Positions 46,183-59,243 of a stretch of DNA of 64,000 nucleotides are shown here, one piece after another. A model generated the notes under the pieces. The model was not told the origin of the DNA. It saw only the letters and a program-made list of their open reading frames with translations, and searched no databases. Within the stretch, counting starts at the first letter, position 1. Every line of letters begins with the position of its first letter. The translations under genes and the position numbers were made by a program. The stretch comes from Tubulanus polymorphus (Eukaryota > Animalia > Nemertea), in contig NC_134030.1 in assembly GCF_964204645.1 (NCBI RefSeq), positions 10,685,947 to 10,749,946 of the forward strand, given 5' to 3'.

Positions 46183-49100
46183 ATGCAGGACGAAAATCAC
46201 GATGGAATGGTCATCGGGTAGGTCTGGGTTTGATTTTATACATGGACATGGTGTAAATCATTGCCGTTTTCCAATTCATTATGTGGACATTTCGGACATT
46301 TTTCCTGTGACCGTATCGATGCAGCGGGTCCACGCTCTTGCGCGGCTAATTTTGGGCTGTCGATCAAAGCTCGTATTTTTTTCTTCTATGGCAATTACAT
46401 GATCCTGATAAGTGTGATCGTTTCGATAGAGATTTTTTAGAAACATCAATTGAACTTGAACATTGGAAATTGCTGCACATGCACGCTAGGTTTCCGCCGC
46501 ATCAATACGGTAACTGGCTTTCAACTCAGCCTATTAACTCTGTCATTTGCTTTTGAATGTAAATAAACGCAATAATCTTGATTCGCTCTATTTCAGCAGG
46601 AATTGGTAAGATTATCCTGTTGTTAATTCATAGAATTTGCTAGGACTTAAACCCTATCGCCCTCTATGTCTTAGTTATAATGCATAGAATTCGTTCCAAA
46701 AGATTGTCAATTCATGCATTGCTTGCAAATGTTAAGGATTTTTGTCCCCATTTTTATATCATAAAAGTTCCTCTTCTTCCAATTAGTGGTCAATAGATGC
46801 TGATAGACAAACATGGCATATGATACAAGCAGCACTTTGACAGTTTTCAAAGTGCTGCTTTTGAAAACCCTTTCTCAAAACGGATAGAGAAAAACCCTTT
46901 TTCAGTTTTCATCTGATTTTATTCCCAAGGATATTGAACCAAGTATCATTATTGCATAGCTAAAAAGTTGGCAACTATTTGGCAATCCCAAATTGTCATT
47001 TGGGTATTTCGAATTTATCTTGGTTGTACTTGACCCACCAATTTATTTGAGTATCAATTTTGTTGCCAGATATTTATCTGCCCTATCCAATTTAACCAAT
47101 TTTTGGTAAGAAATTAACACTAGCATTGTTTTATAGGTATTAGAAGCCTATCTATTGGATTCAAAATTCTAATAGTGGGTTTCAATAATTGAAGAATATA
47201 CTGTATTCTCTCTATGTTGTTTAGACCCGATGGCAAACCAATATCTAAAGGAGCGCTTAAAAAGCTGCAGAAGAAAGCTGAAAAGGCGGCGAAAAAAGCA
47301 TCCCATAAAGAACAGGAGAATAAACAAGCTGGTGGCGCAGCTGAGGTAAGAAATAAAATCTGATTAAAATGGCTTGAATCTTGGCATCTTCACTTTTCAG
47401 CGAGCGGTAAAAGTGGTAAATCGCTAGTATGTGGTCACAGGCCACCAGACAGCGATCGTCGGTAATTCAAACAAATGTCGCTGATGATTCAAAATCTTAT
47501 CATTTGTGACAAAAAAATTGCCTTGTGTGCGGCGTGTTTAAGACAGTACCCAGAAGTAATCGAACATCTAAGGCATTTGAAGGTCAAAACAATAGATGCC
47601 CCTCTAATTTTGATGTAACGTGATGGATGTTCTTGTAGGTGAAAGATGAAGTTGTCGACGGCGTAGACTGTTCAGAAGGTCATTACGGCACGATGCCGAT
47701 GATCCAGTCGCAGAATAAAGTCAATCGAGCTCTGGTCGCGATTAAAGACATCAACACTGATCTGAAGGATAAGAAGATCTGGCTTCGCGGTAGACTTCAT
47801 ACCAGCCGTAGTAAAGGTAGGCTAAATCGTAATTCAAAAAGACCATAGGTTTATTTTTTTCCTATAACAGGAAATATGGTCCAGGGCCCAGTTTCACGAA
47901 AAAGTGTAAGCCAAAAACGGTTGAGTTTGAATTGTTGTCCTCATTGAAAAAACATGAAGTAACCAATAGCAATTACAACAAAAATTTGAGTTAAACTTTT
48001 TTGTGAAACTGGCCCCATGATTTTACTTAAAAACGGAAATTTCGAATGATGTACTTTGATCTAAACAAAAAGTATGGCATGTAATTTTGACTGGCATTTA
48101 GCTATGTCTTTACTTCAATTTCTGATTTCAAAATCAAACTCCCTGTTCCATTCTGGGCAGGTGTAATGGGTTTGTAAGGGAAACATCGAATGTGTATAGA
48201 TCAATGATAAATAAACAACGACAATCATCTTTATCTCTTAAGATAATAAAAAAAACATTGCAAATGAATTTTATCTTAAGTCATACTAACCCAGCAACAG
48301 TGGACCCTGTTTTTCAGGTTGCGCTAAACGTTTACCATGCAATAAGAAAAACTATTAAAACTGTCTAGGCATATCTATGATATGCTAGAGCGCAACCCAA
48401 TATAATAGAACTTGGCTTGTTTTTCTATTTTAGGCAAATCGTGTTTCTTTGTGTTGCGTCTACAGCAGTACACCGTGCAAGGCTTTGTGTTTGTTAGTAA
48501 AACTGTCAGCAAACAAATGGTGAAATTTGTTGCTGGGTAAGAACGGATTACTAGTACAACCGTATTAAACCTTTCAGTGCTGACTAACAGTTAAACAGAG
48601 ATAAAACAGATAAGCATTACTGATTTGAGAGGAGATGTCAGTGTCATAGTACTGATCTATGTCAGTAGATGGGATGTGGATGTGACGCTTCCTCAAGATT
48701 TGAAATTTTCTCCTCTGAAACTCCATGCAAACTCCTTATATCCAGGAATGACTGATCTGTAAGGACCCTGTTAAAGCTAGCTTTAGTCGGGCTGTAACTG
48801 CGGCAGATACTGACGCAACTGGAAAGGAATGATGTGCTGGATTTCCAGCAAATAGAGTATTACGATCTCTTGCCAGTTACTATCGCTGGCAACTGAACTG
48901 ACCTGAGACAGTCATATGACCAATTAAAATGACCTAGCGACATCAAAGCTTACATCGAGGTCGTTTGCTTTTGCTTTTGGTTGCGTCATAAATAAGGCAG
49001 ATATGAAGGCAACTGAATCGAACGTGTCATACCATAACATAAGTTGGCCTACCGGGTGGATGGGCCTTGAAAATCGAGAAAAGCATTGAATTTAAACAAG

Positions 49101-50119
49101 TCAGGCACGACCTTAGGACGTTCTCTAAGAGAGAATTTTGATTCTCTAGAGAGACTAAATTCTTGATTTAGTGAATGGATAATGTTTTTAATGTTTTAGA
49201 TTAGTATATGGTATATAGTAGTTGTATAATCTAATAGTCTCCATATCCTGAATGTGACATAAAGTTGCCAGTCATTTTTTCCTACCCTATTCTGCTATCA
49301 TTTTGAAGGTATATAGCATTCTGCATGCCTTATTTCACTCCCAGTCTCAGAACACCAGCGGATGGACTTCTCATTTGCTGACCCAATGTTATACCCATCA
49401 GACGGGTTAAGTAGGGTAAACTGTGATTCGAAAAGTTTTAATTTCACTGTTTATCGCATTTTCACGTTCTCGTTGATCGACAGGATAAATAAAGAATCAA
49501 TCGTCGACGTGGAGGGATACGTAAAAACGGTCGATCAGAAAATTGAAAGCTGTTCTCAACAGGACGTAGAGATTCATTGTGAACAGGTGAAGATTCGTCG
49601 CCAGTGTGGTGGCTTCAAATGTCTTCTATCTTAAAATAGAAGCAAAATTCTCAATCATAAGAAGAACAACAGTTCACCATTGGTAAAACATTACATCTGT
49701 GTCATGACGATGATCCCACAATAAATGATGGAAAGATAGTCCGAAAATGTTCCTTGAGCGTATAGTTTCAATCAATGTTTCAATTGTATTCTAATACAGT
49801 CATACCTCGATTAAAGGCCACCCTTGGGGATTCCTGATTTTGGCGGTGAATAGAGTGTGGCAGTAAATCGGGGTTATAAGTCAAGTCACTCAAATACCTA
49901 CTATATACCTACTATCCGCTCAGAACGATGTATATTGATGTGATGAATTTTGAAAATGTTCTAAAAACATCCTGTCAAAATTAAAAACTTTTTACATCGC
50001 GGTGCATCAGAACATCGTAGGCTAGTCTAGAAGTAGGAATCATACAACATTTCGGGTACATTTAGGGGATATTAATCGTTGATCGATTCCTAAATCAGAC
50101 ATCGCTACTGTACGTCGCC

Positions 50120-50187
<68 letters not shown>

Positions 50188-50230
50188 GGCGGCGTACAGT
50201 AGCGATGTCTGATTTAGGAATCGATCAACG

Positions 50231-50264
<34 letters not shown>

Positions 50265-53200
50265 CGCCATATCATTGTCTCATTACGCACAGAAAAATGG
50301 TCAAATTTTCGTTGCAATGGATCTTTATTCTTCCCGTTTTTCTTTTACACTCGGCGCTGTCAGTGCCATCTAATGAAATAGTTTTAATTACCGTACCTTA
50401 CTGGAGGGCTAAACTTGCAACACAGTGAGGTGGGATGAACGAGGTCATCGGAATAGTTTTAGGCGTATTGTAATATTATTAAAGATCAAGTTACTCAACT
50501 TTTATGATGGCGGTAAATCGGAAAATATTGATTTGTATAGGATTGTACTAGGAGATTACGTCGGCGGTGGCGGTATGCGAGGGGCGGTAAATCGGGGTTT
50601 TCCTGTACATTTTAGATACAAATGTTCAGTTTCCGATGAAATGTAGTCAGTAGGCGAGGTTGGCGGTGAATCGGGGGGCGTGAAATCGAGCTATGACTAA
50701 TCATGTTCAAGAATACTGAAAAGGAGTATTCCTGAAAGTGACTATGAGAATATAATTGAAACATTGAGAAACATCGAATGAACAACTAGCTCAAGGGAAC
50801 ATTCTCAGACTTTATATTTTTATTATTGCGGAATTCTCTATTGATTAAGAACAACAGATATGTAATGGTGATAACAGTTGGGGCAGGATACTCCTGACCA
50901 TCAGACTATCTATTTGAATGTTAGAAGAACCATTTACTGATATTTAGTTCTTCTTACAGCGTTCGGCTTATGCTTCTACTGCCTGCTAAAGACTGCTATT
51001 ACCGGCAGTTTGATACAATCTCATCATAACCTAAAAATCTACCATTTTCTGGCAAACTTATGCAATGAATTGCGATGCCCAAAGTTCAGATGAGAACTCA
51101 TTTCATCTGGGAGAACACTGTGTGTATTAATGATTGCATTCTCAAAGTGCGATTTTCTAGAAACAGATATTCCGTATAATTTAGGTTTGGGTTGTGAGCT
51201 CTGCTGAGGCAATGTTGCCACTACAAATAGAAGATGCGATGCGTCCAGAAATCGGCGATTCTACCGTATGTTCTTCGAATACTAGTGCTCATGATATTTC
51301 TCGTAAGCTTGTGACATCGGTACTACTATGTGAATTTCATCAGCGAAGGAATCAATTTTGCTTAGTTTTTGTAAAGATTGCAAATTTTCTAGTTGAGAAT
51401 GGATTCGTAGGAATCAAGCATGTTTGGTCTAATTGCAAAATCCTCCTAAAATGTAGGCCTACCAACCTTGATCGCCTGAATTGGAAATGCCGGTGAATAA
51501 TACGGGCAATGAAATTCACGGGTAAAATTCGCCGAGTGTGTCACAAACTTAAGTCATGATTTTATCATCTTACTCATTTCGCTCACTTGTCATATTACGT
51601 AGGATTTAGCGCGGGTGAACCAGGATACGCGGCTGGACAACCGAGTGATCGATCTGCGAACGGCGACGAATCAAGCGATATTCCGCCTGGAATCGGGAGT
51701 GTGTAAACTATTCCGCGACGTTTTAACGAATATGGGCTTCGTGGAAATACATACGCCGAAAATGATTTCAGGTACCGGCATGGTTTTTAGCCCACTTGGG
51801 ACTTTAGTCCCAGCGGGCTATTGCGTTCACTTTTCGTCCGTCCGTCCGTAGATGGAATCCAGTTATTTTGGGAAGTTTTGAAGACGCTTCAAGGTAACGT
51901 CTTGATATTTGGGTTACACATGTATCTACCCTAGACACATCTTCAGCCCAAAAACTGGCCCTATCAAAATCAAGATGGCCGACTGGCAGCCATTGTTGTT
52001 CGCCAAAATCAGCTATATGTTCGGATATATGTTAATCCCCCCAGGGCCCATCAACATAACAAAAATTGGGTCGGTCGGACTCAAGATAGCCGTCCTATGA
52101 CCTTTTTATTTCCCAAAAATGTTAATTTTGGCCCGAATTCTGAGTCCTGTAGCTTCCTACTGGTTTGCCATTTCTCAATTTGTGATGGGTATTCTTTGGA
52201 AAGGGATGTTTTATACCTGAGACAGGTATTTTTCATCAGCCAATTATGACGCAATTGGCGGCCATCTTGGTGTCACCAGTACTCATTCGTAAGTGGGAAA
52301 AAGTTTTTCCACATTATATTGATACCTAAGCGTATTTTGATACCACAATCAATTAGAAAGTTGTAGCTCATAACGTGTTCTATGATTGTGGTGAGTTTCA
52401 AGGTAATTGGATTTCGTATATGGCCACCAGGGGGTGTTGAATAATACAATATCTTAGCATTTCTTTATTATATTCGCATGCATATTTTGTATCCACAATC
52501 AATTGCAAAGTTGTAGCTCATGACATCATCTATGATTGTTGCGAGTTTTAAGGACATAAGTTTTTCTATATGGTCACCAGGGGGCTTTGAATAGTAGAAT
52601 AACTTAGTATTTCCTTATTATATTGGTACCTAGGCATATTTTGTTACCATGATCGATTGCAAAGTTGTAGTTCATGACATGTTCTATGATTGTGGTGAGT
52701 TTCGAGGTCATTGGGTTTTGAATATGGTCACCAGGGGGCGTTGAATAGTAGAATGACTTAGTATTTCCATATTAAATTGGTAACGAGGCATATTTTGTTA
52801 TCACAATCAATTACAAAATCGTAGCTGCTGACATGTTCTATGATTGTGGTGAGTTTCAAGGTCATTGGTTTTTGTAAATGGTCACCAGGGGGCGTTGAAT
52901 GTTGAAATTGTTAGATTGTTGAGCATTTGAAACCACTTCCCAAGTGGGCATGGTGTCGCTGGACCCCTAGTTTATGAAATGCTTTGTTCTCGGGATAAAA
53001 TGTTAATTTCAAGGATCATGCACATTGATGATCGCAAAGTTGAAAGTCTTCACACAAATCGTCAAAATATTTGCCTTCCACCTCATAGAATCTTATATCA
53101 TATGAAAGCCTTGACTATTTTACTACAAAATAACACAAACTTGTAATCCATGAAAAAACAGGAAACAAGCTTTACGGTATCGTGATAAACTTAGATTTTC

Positions 53201-56200
53201 CAATTAATTTTCTGACGAGTTATAGACACTACATTCAAATTCATGAATTCATAAGAATCCTGTTTTTCGATTCAGATCAAATATGTTCATTGTTGTCAAC
53301 TCTCTAGCTCAGATGTATTTCTTTCAATTTCAGCTGCGTCAGAAGGTGGCGCGAACGTGTTTGAGGTGACGTATTTCAAGGGAAAATGTTACCTTGCTCA
53401 GTCACCTCAGTTGTATAAACAGATGGCAATTGCTGCTGATTTCGACCGCGTATTCACCGTAGGTTCAGGTATGTACATCTTTCTGGTGTGTTTACTGCGC
53501 CCACCTTCATGACCGATGTTCATACCCTAGATTCAGGAACCGGCTTGATGTGGAAAAAATGTCTGAAATTGTGAAAAATGGACGCTTGCTTCGAAATCTA
53601 TGAATAAGTTTGAAAAAAATCATGAAAATGTCTCGAAACGTTCAAAATTGTCAAAATATTTTGATCCCCTTTATACGCCATATACATTTGACCTCAGAAT
53701 TTTCACTGAAAGCTGTTTTAAAGTTTTAAGAAATTTTATTCTTATCCATCCACATTGTAATCAGTAATCGCTTACATATGTTATTGTTCGTTGACATGAA
53801 AGAAATGTGAAAATCTGAAAAATTATGAAAATACGTATGTGAAAGAATTCAAGAAAAGTTTCCGTCAAAATATTTTCATTCCCATTTCATGCCAAATCTC
53901 GGAAATTATGCAAGCTGCGTTGAAATGCCATAAATTTTATTTAATTCTGTCCAAGTTGTGATCGGTGACCACTAAATGCTATCGTACTTAGACATGATTA
54001 TCGTTGTACCTGCAGTGTTTCGCGCAGAGGATTCGAATACGCATCGGCATCTGACCGAATTTATAGGTTTAGATATGGAGATGGCGATCGAATACCATTA
54101 TCACGAAGTGCTCGACGTTCTCAGCGATATGTTTATCGGAATATTCGAAGGTATCGAAAAAAGGTACGTGCTCGAATTGCAAAAATACCGTTAGATTTTT
54201 TAATACAATCGAGTTTGTTTGTAGATTCTGATTTTAATGATTAATGCAATTTAGGCTTAGAAATGATATGTTGTTTCTCACGATGATTGGCAGGGTCATT
54301 TTGTAACCCGCAATAGAATTAGTTATCGGTTCATTTCTGGTAGCAATGAACTGATCACATTTTGGCCGGGTCTGTTTTTATGGTTAACTTGATCGTGATT
54401 TTAAAGAAAGTACTATACAGGGTAGATAGGCAAGTGGCCAGATCAAGTTTCAAGCTCGACAGAAAGGAGAAACAAGGTGTCAATATTTTTAGCCTTAGGG
54501 TCCAAGGCCTGACAACTATGAACCTTGTATAATACCAACATTTACCTTGGAAAAAATGTGCTGAATCTTAACTCCACAAACATTCGTTTTTGGGTACAAA
54601 TCCATGTTTTATTTTGTTCCACTCTTTTCCGTAAACGTAGAATTTTTCGAATTTATTTTCCAGTTTCCAGTATGAGCTCGAGCAAGTAAACAAACAATAT
54701 CCGTTTGAGCCTTTCAAATTTTTGAAACCAACGTAAGGAAATATTGCACATCCTGTGAGACCCATTGTCATATTGTCAGATTCAAGATAAAAAGGATGCT
54801 TTTATTTATTCATTTTTTTTTTTCGAGCAGTTTGCGTCTGGATTTCCCAGAAGCAGTTAAAATGTTACGAGACAACGGAGTTGAGATGGGAGACGAGGAT
54901 GATTTATCAACACCTGCTGAAAAACTCCTCGGAAAACTAGTCAAAACGAAGGTACTGCCATTGAAACTACTCTTTCGTCCTGTTACACAGTAAAGGGTGA
55001 GGGAAAATTGGGGCTTTTTTCATTCATCCGATCTACGGTAGACAAGATAATTCAGGACCAATGAAATGAATCAAGGTATTGATGGCATACTTGATTGAAA
55101 TTTCATTTTCGTGTTACCTTGATATCAGTTTTCAGTCTTCCAATCCATAATTCAGAGAAATCACGCTTCAACAGGGACCAACAAGATTGATCTGAGTTGA
55201 GCAAAAGTCTGAGTTAGGGATTGGAAAATATGTTTAGAAGTCAGAAAATGATTTTGTTTTTATCCCAGTTAGTCATTAGTCTTCAGTTGGCCAGTTTTAC
55301 TGTAAAAGTAACTGGATACATTTCTCGGGTTAGCAGTGGGTTGGAATTCTGATGCTCAAAACTGTGCAACTGTCATTGTTCCTGTGTGAACAATCCCTGC
55401 TGTAAATATGAGTTTTGCTAAGTATTGGCCATTATCTTTATTTCAGTATGATACAGACTTTTTCATTCTCGACAAGTTCCCACTGGCGGTGCGTCCATTC
55501 TATACAATGGTTGACCCTAATAACAAGGTAAGAAGTAATGGTGGATGCACGGAACTTCTCATGTACAGTTCACTTGCTAATACTGCACAAGTTGGTGAAC
55601 ACAGTGAATCCTAGTTTATTCGTCTTAATTCCGCTCTAAATTGGAATTCCTGATTACAAAAATCATGTAAATGTACGGATTAGAACATGGTGATGCTATA
55701 TGCTACTATATCGAATTGTATCTGACTTTGGCCCAAAAATTAAGTTCATTATCAATTTGAGAATGATGTTCCTTAGTTCGTTTTCCAAAAGCCATTAGTA
55801 TCAAGAGCGCGGAGGGTGATTGAGGGTGACCAACTATGAAAATGATGAAACAAGATTAGATCAATTACCAGGTAGCCGGTAGGTTGTTTTCCTGTTTACG
55901 TTCTCGTTTTTGTGGTCAAATTTCTAGATGTATTCGAATTCTTACGATATCTTCATGAGAGGCGAAGAAATCATGTCCGGTGCTCAACGAATTCATGATC
56001 CTGACTTTCTAACCGAACGAGCTAGTTTTCACGGAATAGGTAGGTTTCCCGCTTGAAAAGTCTAAAATAACAATTCGACCTGATAAGAAACACAATAGCA
56101 GCTATATGTCAACGTGTACTGTCTCTCCATCTCCTTAACATGTTCGTCACTAATCTCATACTTATACTTCTGCCATTATTGTTGCTGATCCTTCTGGTTC

Positions 56201-57716
56201 CCTGTTTGAAATTTTCAATTTGTAATAACACTGTCCCTAACTGGCTGCTTGTATTGTGTACATTCAATTCTGGAGGATTTAGCTGGCTAGGTATGTAATC
56301 GCTGCATTGCCACTACGAGTAAACTCAGAATACGTGTAACTACGAGTAAACTCAGAATACGTGTAGTAGCAAGTGGGAAGAATCATTATTGGACCATCGG
56401 ATTGGACTGCACCAGCTATTTGGGAAATTTTTGGGGTAGCAGATATGATCTGTGTGATCATCTGGGTTCAGTTAGGTTAACACGTTAGACGAACTTCGTT
56501 CTCTTCGCTAGTCGACTAGTGGTCAGAACTAAAATCCGAACGCACTATAGTTCGGTAGTAATATATTTCAGTGTGTCGGCCATGTTGGAAATAGGTCTGA
56601 ACTACAGCGACCATGCTCGAACCCATTCGGTTTCATTTAGTTTGACTATAGTCAACTAACACCGACGACCAAAGTTGGCCTACCAGGCTGCTACCAGGAT
56701 AATATGGTGCCATCTAACAGTGAATATGAAGGACCAGCTACAAATTTTTGGTTACTGCATGTTTTCATTGAAAACATGTTAGCCATTTTGAATCAAAAAG
56801 GATAACAATTTGTGCAACTATCTATTTGTTCCATTTGTGCAATGGTAGTACATGTACTCAAGAGGTTGATATGTGACTAGATATCATGGATGGTATCAGG
56901 ACAATTGCCCCCCAGGACAGTTGCCCCCCCGCCAATTGCCCCCCAAATTAATTTTTTCTAATATTCAAGTAACACAGATATTTACTTCTAATTAATTATA
57001 CAAAGCGAACTTATTTTAGCTAATTAGTGCAGCTGATTACTCATTACGGATTTAAAGTTTTTGATTGGCTAAAGTAACACTTAGCCAACGTTTACTAATG
57101 CACTAATAAGTGGACTTATTAAGTTTCCTTTAATTTGGTAAGTGAATTATTAGAATTCAAGTTCTGATATAAAGTTTTTGATCTGCACACAACATCAGTA
57201 ATTCTATATCTTATAAATCTATATTCAATAATATACAAATGAATTTCTAAGTAAAGTATTTAGGTGGTGTTAAACCCAATCAAAAAGAATTTTATTCAGG
57301 GGCAATTGTCCGGGGCGGGGGGGGCAGTTGCCCACGGGGCAATTGTCTTAGAATCGATATGGATATATGTAAACAAAGAAAAAATTAACTAATCCAGGGT
57401 CTATCTTCATTGCCGTCCTCATTCGATCTAGTAGTTGAATGAAATGATGTTATGTTCGCTATTTTAGAACTCGACAAGATAAAGGCTTACATTGATTCGT
57501 TCAAATATGGCTGTCCCCCTCACGCTGGAGGTGGAATTGGTAAGTAACCCACGCTCAAGGCGGTCAAATTATCGCGTAAATTTCATGTTGGACATAAAAC
57601 TGAACTGATTATGTGTTATTGCAGGTATGGAAAGGGTGTTGATGTTGTATCTTGGACTGCACAATATACGAAAGACATCTCTATTCCCTCGAGATCCAAA
57701 ACGCGTAACTCCGTAA
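46183..57716 (+). CDS. DARS1: Cytosolic aspartate--tRNA ligase, 15 exons, 539 aa
   Basis: Exons 46183-46217, 47225-47345, 47639-47816, 48434-48536, 49484-49586, 51185-51265, 51603-51771, 53334-53468, 54016-54163, 54664-54732, 54831-54951, 55447-55527, 55928-56039, 57468-57539, 57625-57716; all GT-AG, phase-consistent, 1620 nt. Motifs [88 protein letters not shown]. Confidence 0.97.
47884..48016. mobile_element. Short Harbinger-like MITE (related palindromes at about 59120-59216 and 63205-63355)
   Basis: GGCCCCAGTTTCACGAAAAAG / CTTTTTGTGAAACTGGCCCC inverted ends. Confidence 0.6.
48625..48990 (+). ncRNA. Candidate multi-helix structured RNA in DARS1 intron 4
   Basis: At least eight helices, G-U pairs favouring the sense strand, and one crossing helix (see findings). 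Confidence 0.35.
49797..50699. mobile_element. Tc1/mariner (Tigger/pogo-like) MITE nested in an older palindromic element (about 49689-50866)
   Basis: TA|CAGTCATACCTCGATT ... AATCGAGCTATGACT with internal GGCGGTAAATCGG repeats. The outer arms match each other and 32405-32540. Confidence 0.75.
50075..50262. repeat. 158-bp palindrome centred on (AT)n, followed by a second (AT)n
   Basis: Unique arms of about 48 bp are reverse complements with one mismatch. Confidence 0.95.
51785..52972 (+). mobile_element. Helentron-associated (HINE/DINE-like) element with internal tandem repeats of about 152 bp
   Basis: T-run start, subterminal IR GCCCACTTGGGA / TCCCAAGTGGGC, (GTCC)n microsatellite, CTAG-TT end; four ATGG(C/T)CACCAGGGGG units at about 52420, 52570, 52724 and 52878. 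Confidence 0.85.
56312..56365 (+). repeat. Perfect 27-bp tandem duplication
   Basis: ACTACGAGTAAACTCAGAATACGTGTA x2. Confidence 0.95.
56891..57356. mobile_element. MITE with CAATTGCCCC subterminal repeats
   Basis: GGACAATTGCCCC-like unit x3 at left and GGGGCAATTGTC-like unit x3 at right. Confidence 0.8.
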
Positions 57717-58945
57717 TAGAATATACTATGAACCTATTTTAGTAGAATTGTCATTTTGCTGGAAATAAAGTATTTGTTTCTCATGAAAAATAACACCGTT
57801 AAAGCAAGGTTCGTAGCCTCCAGGCTAGTCAGAATTTCGGTCCATGTCAGGCTATTTGGAAGGAAGATTCTAGGCCATTTTTGTGAAAGGATTACAAAAT
57901 TTGACCATTTCAAACAAACGCTACACAGAAGAATGAGCAAAAATTGTCAATGCTGGATGCTGGAATGGACAGGTGGATAGCAGGCACAGAAATCAAATGA
58001 AAAAATACATTTCTTGTATGCAGTATGTGTTGTAACACCTACCCAAGTTTTTAGGGTGGGTCGTTTGGTATGGAAATTTTTTTCCCAAATTTAGATTTTA
58101 TGTACATTGTTAGTTCGGTTTCGTCACTCACCGTAGTCCCTGGTTAAATGAATTGTGAAAACCAATGATTACCCTTCTGTGCCCACAGTCCTTTTTTCGA
58201 AAGCAATAATCACTGTTCCATCAAGCTAACACGGTAATGAACTCTCCTTCCTCGAAACTGTAGCAGAGAAGAGCAGTGGACTGAAAAGACTTGACCTGGC
58301 ATCTCTAATAGCTGATAAAGATTGTTTCAAAGGTTATGCTTTGTTTTACAATTAATGTGTGTGATCTCACATTCCTGTATCCTTAATTTTCTAAAGATTT
58401 TATGCTCATACTGGGTCTAAGTGCACTAGCAGCAGAAATCCTTGATATGAATAACCTAAATCCGTTCATCCGTTCGAGTCACTGTGCGAGTCGTGTGGAT
58501 TTCAACATAGCATAATGAATTCTCTCACAATTCTTCACAACGTATCGCATCGCGATGCATCGTTGATTGTGAAAACACGCACTGCTCTAAACAAAACACA
58601 AACAACATTAATATTTTCAACAAAGATTTCCTGTATTTTAATGTGACTTCGTTCATGCATTACAAGGAATAAGCTCATTGATGCATGATGAACAGACAGT
58701 GAGAGAGAGAGAGAGACGGTGTATGCCACCACATTAACAGTCAATTAATTAACTCAATCATTTCATTCGAGAAATTTATGCAGTCTGGAACCACACCATT
58801 TTCTAAGTCTGGACAATCGAGTTTTGAGAGAAAGAGGAGATAAAACCGTGGCGAATCGACCGTCGGATTCAGGGAGGGTGCATCCTCCGAAATAGGACAC
58901 CCCGAAAAAAGCTAATTGGAAAACATCTTATCACTTTTGAAAATT

Positions 58946-59243
58946 CAGTGGAACCTTGTTAAAGCCGAATGATCTAAGTCTGATATGACGGTTTATCGGT
59001 GGTTATTACGAACCTAGATTTTCCTCGCAAATAGGACAATTTCAATAATTTCACACTGGATATAACGAACTATCGGTTATAACGAACAGATTTTCTAGTC
59101 CCCTGGGGATGGTTTGATAGACTGGTTTTGCCTTTAACCCAAAGGCTAACTCAATTCGTTATCAATTGAGTTAGCCCCCCGATTAAAGGCAATATCAGTC
59201 CACAAAACTGGGTCCTGAAGTTAGTCGTAACGAGGCTCCACTG
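58946..59243. mobile_element. Tigger-like MITE with a nested palindromic MITE
   Basis: CAGTGGAACCTTGTTA / TAACGAGGCTCCACTG-TA, with internal TATAACGAAC repeats. Confidence 0.65.

Noticed and set aside
48745-48815. SECIS-like ATGA..AA..TGA element
   Set aside because: Intronic, helix too short, and no in-frame UGA in DARS1.
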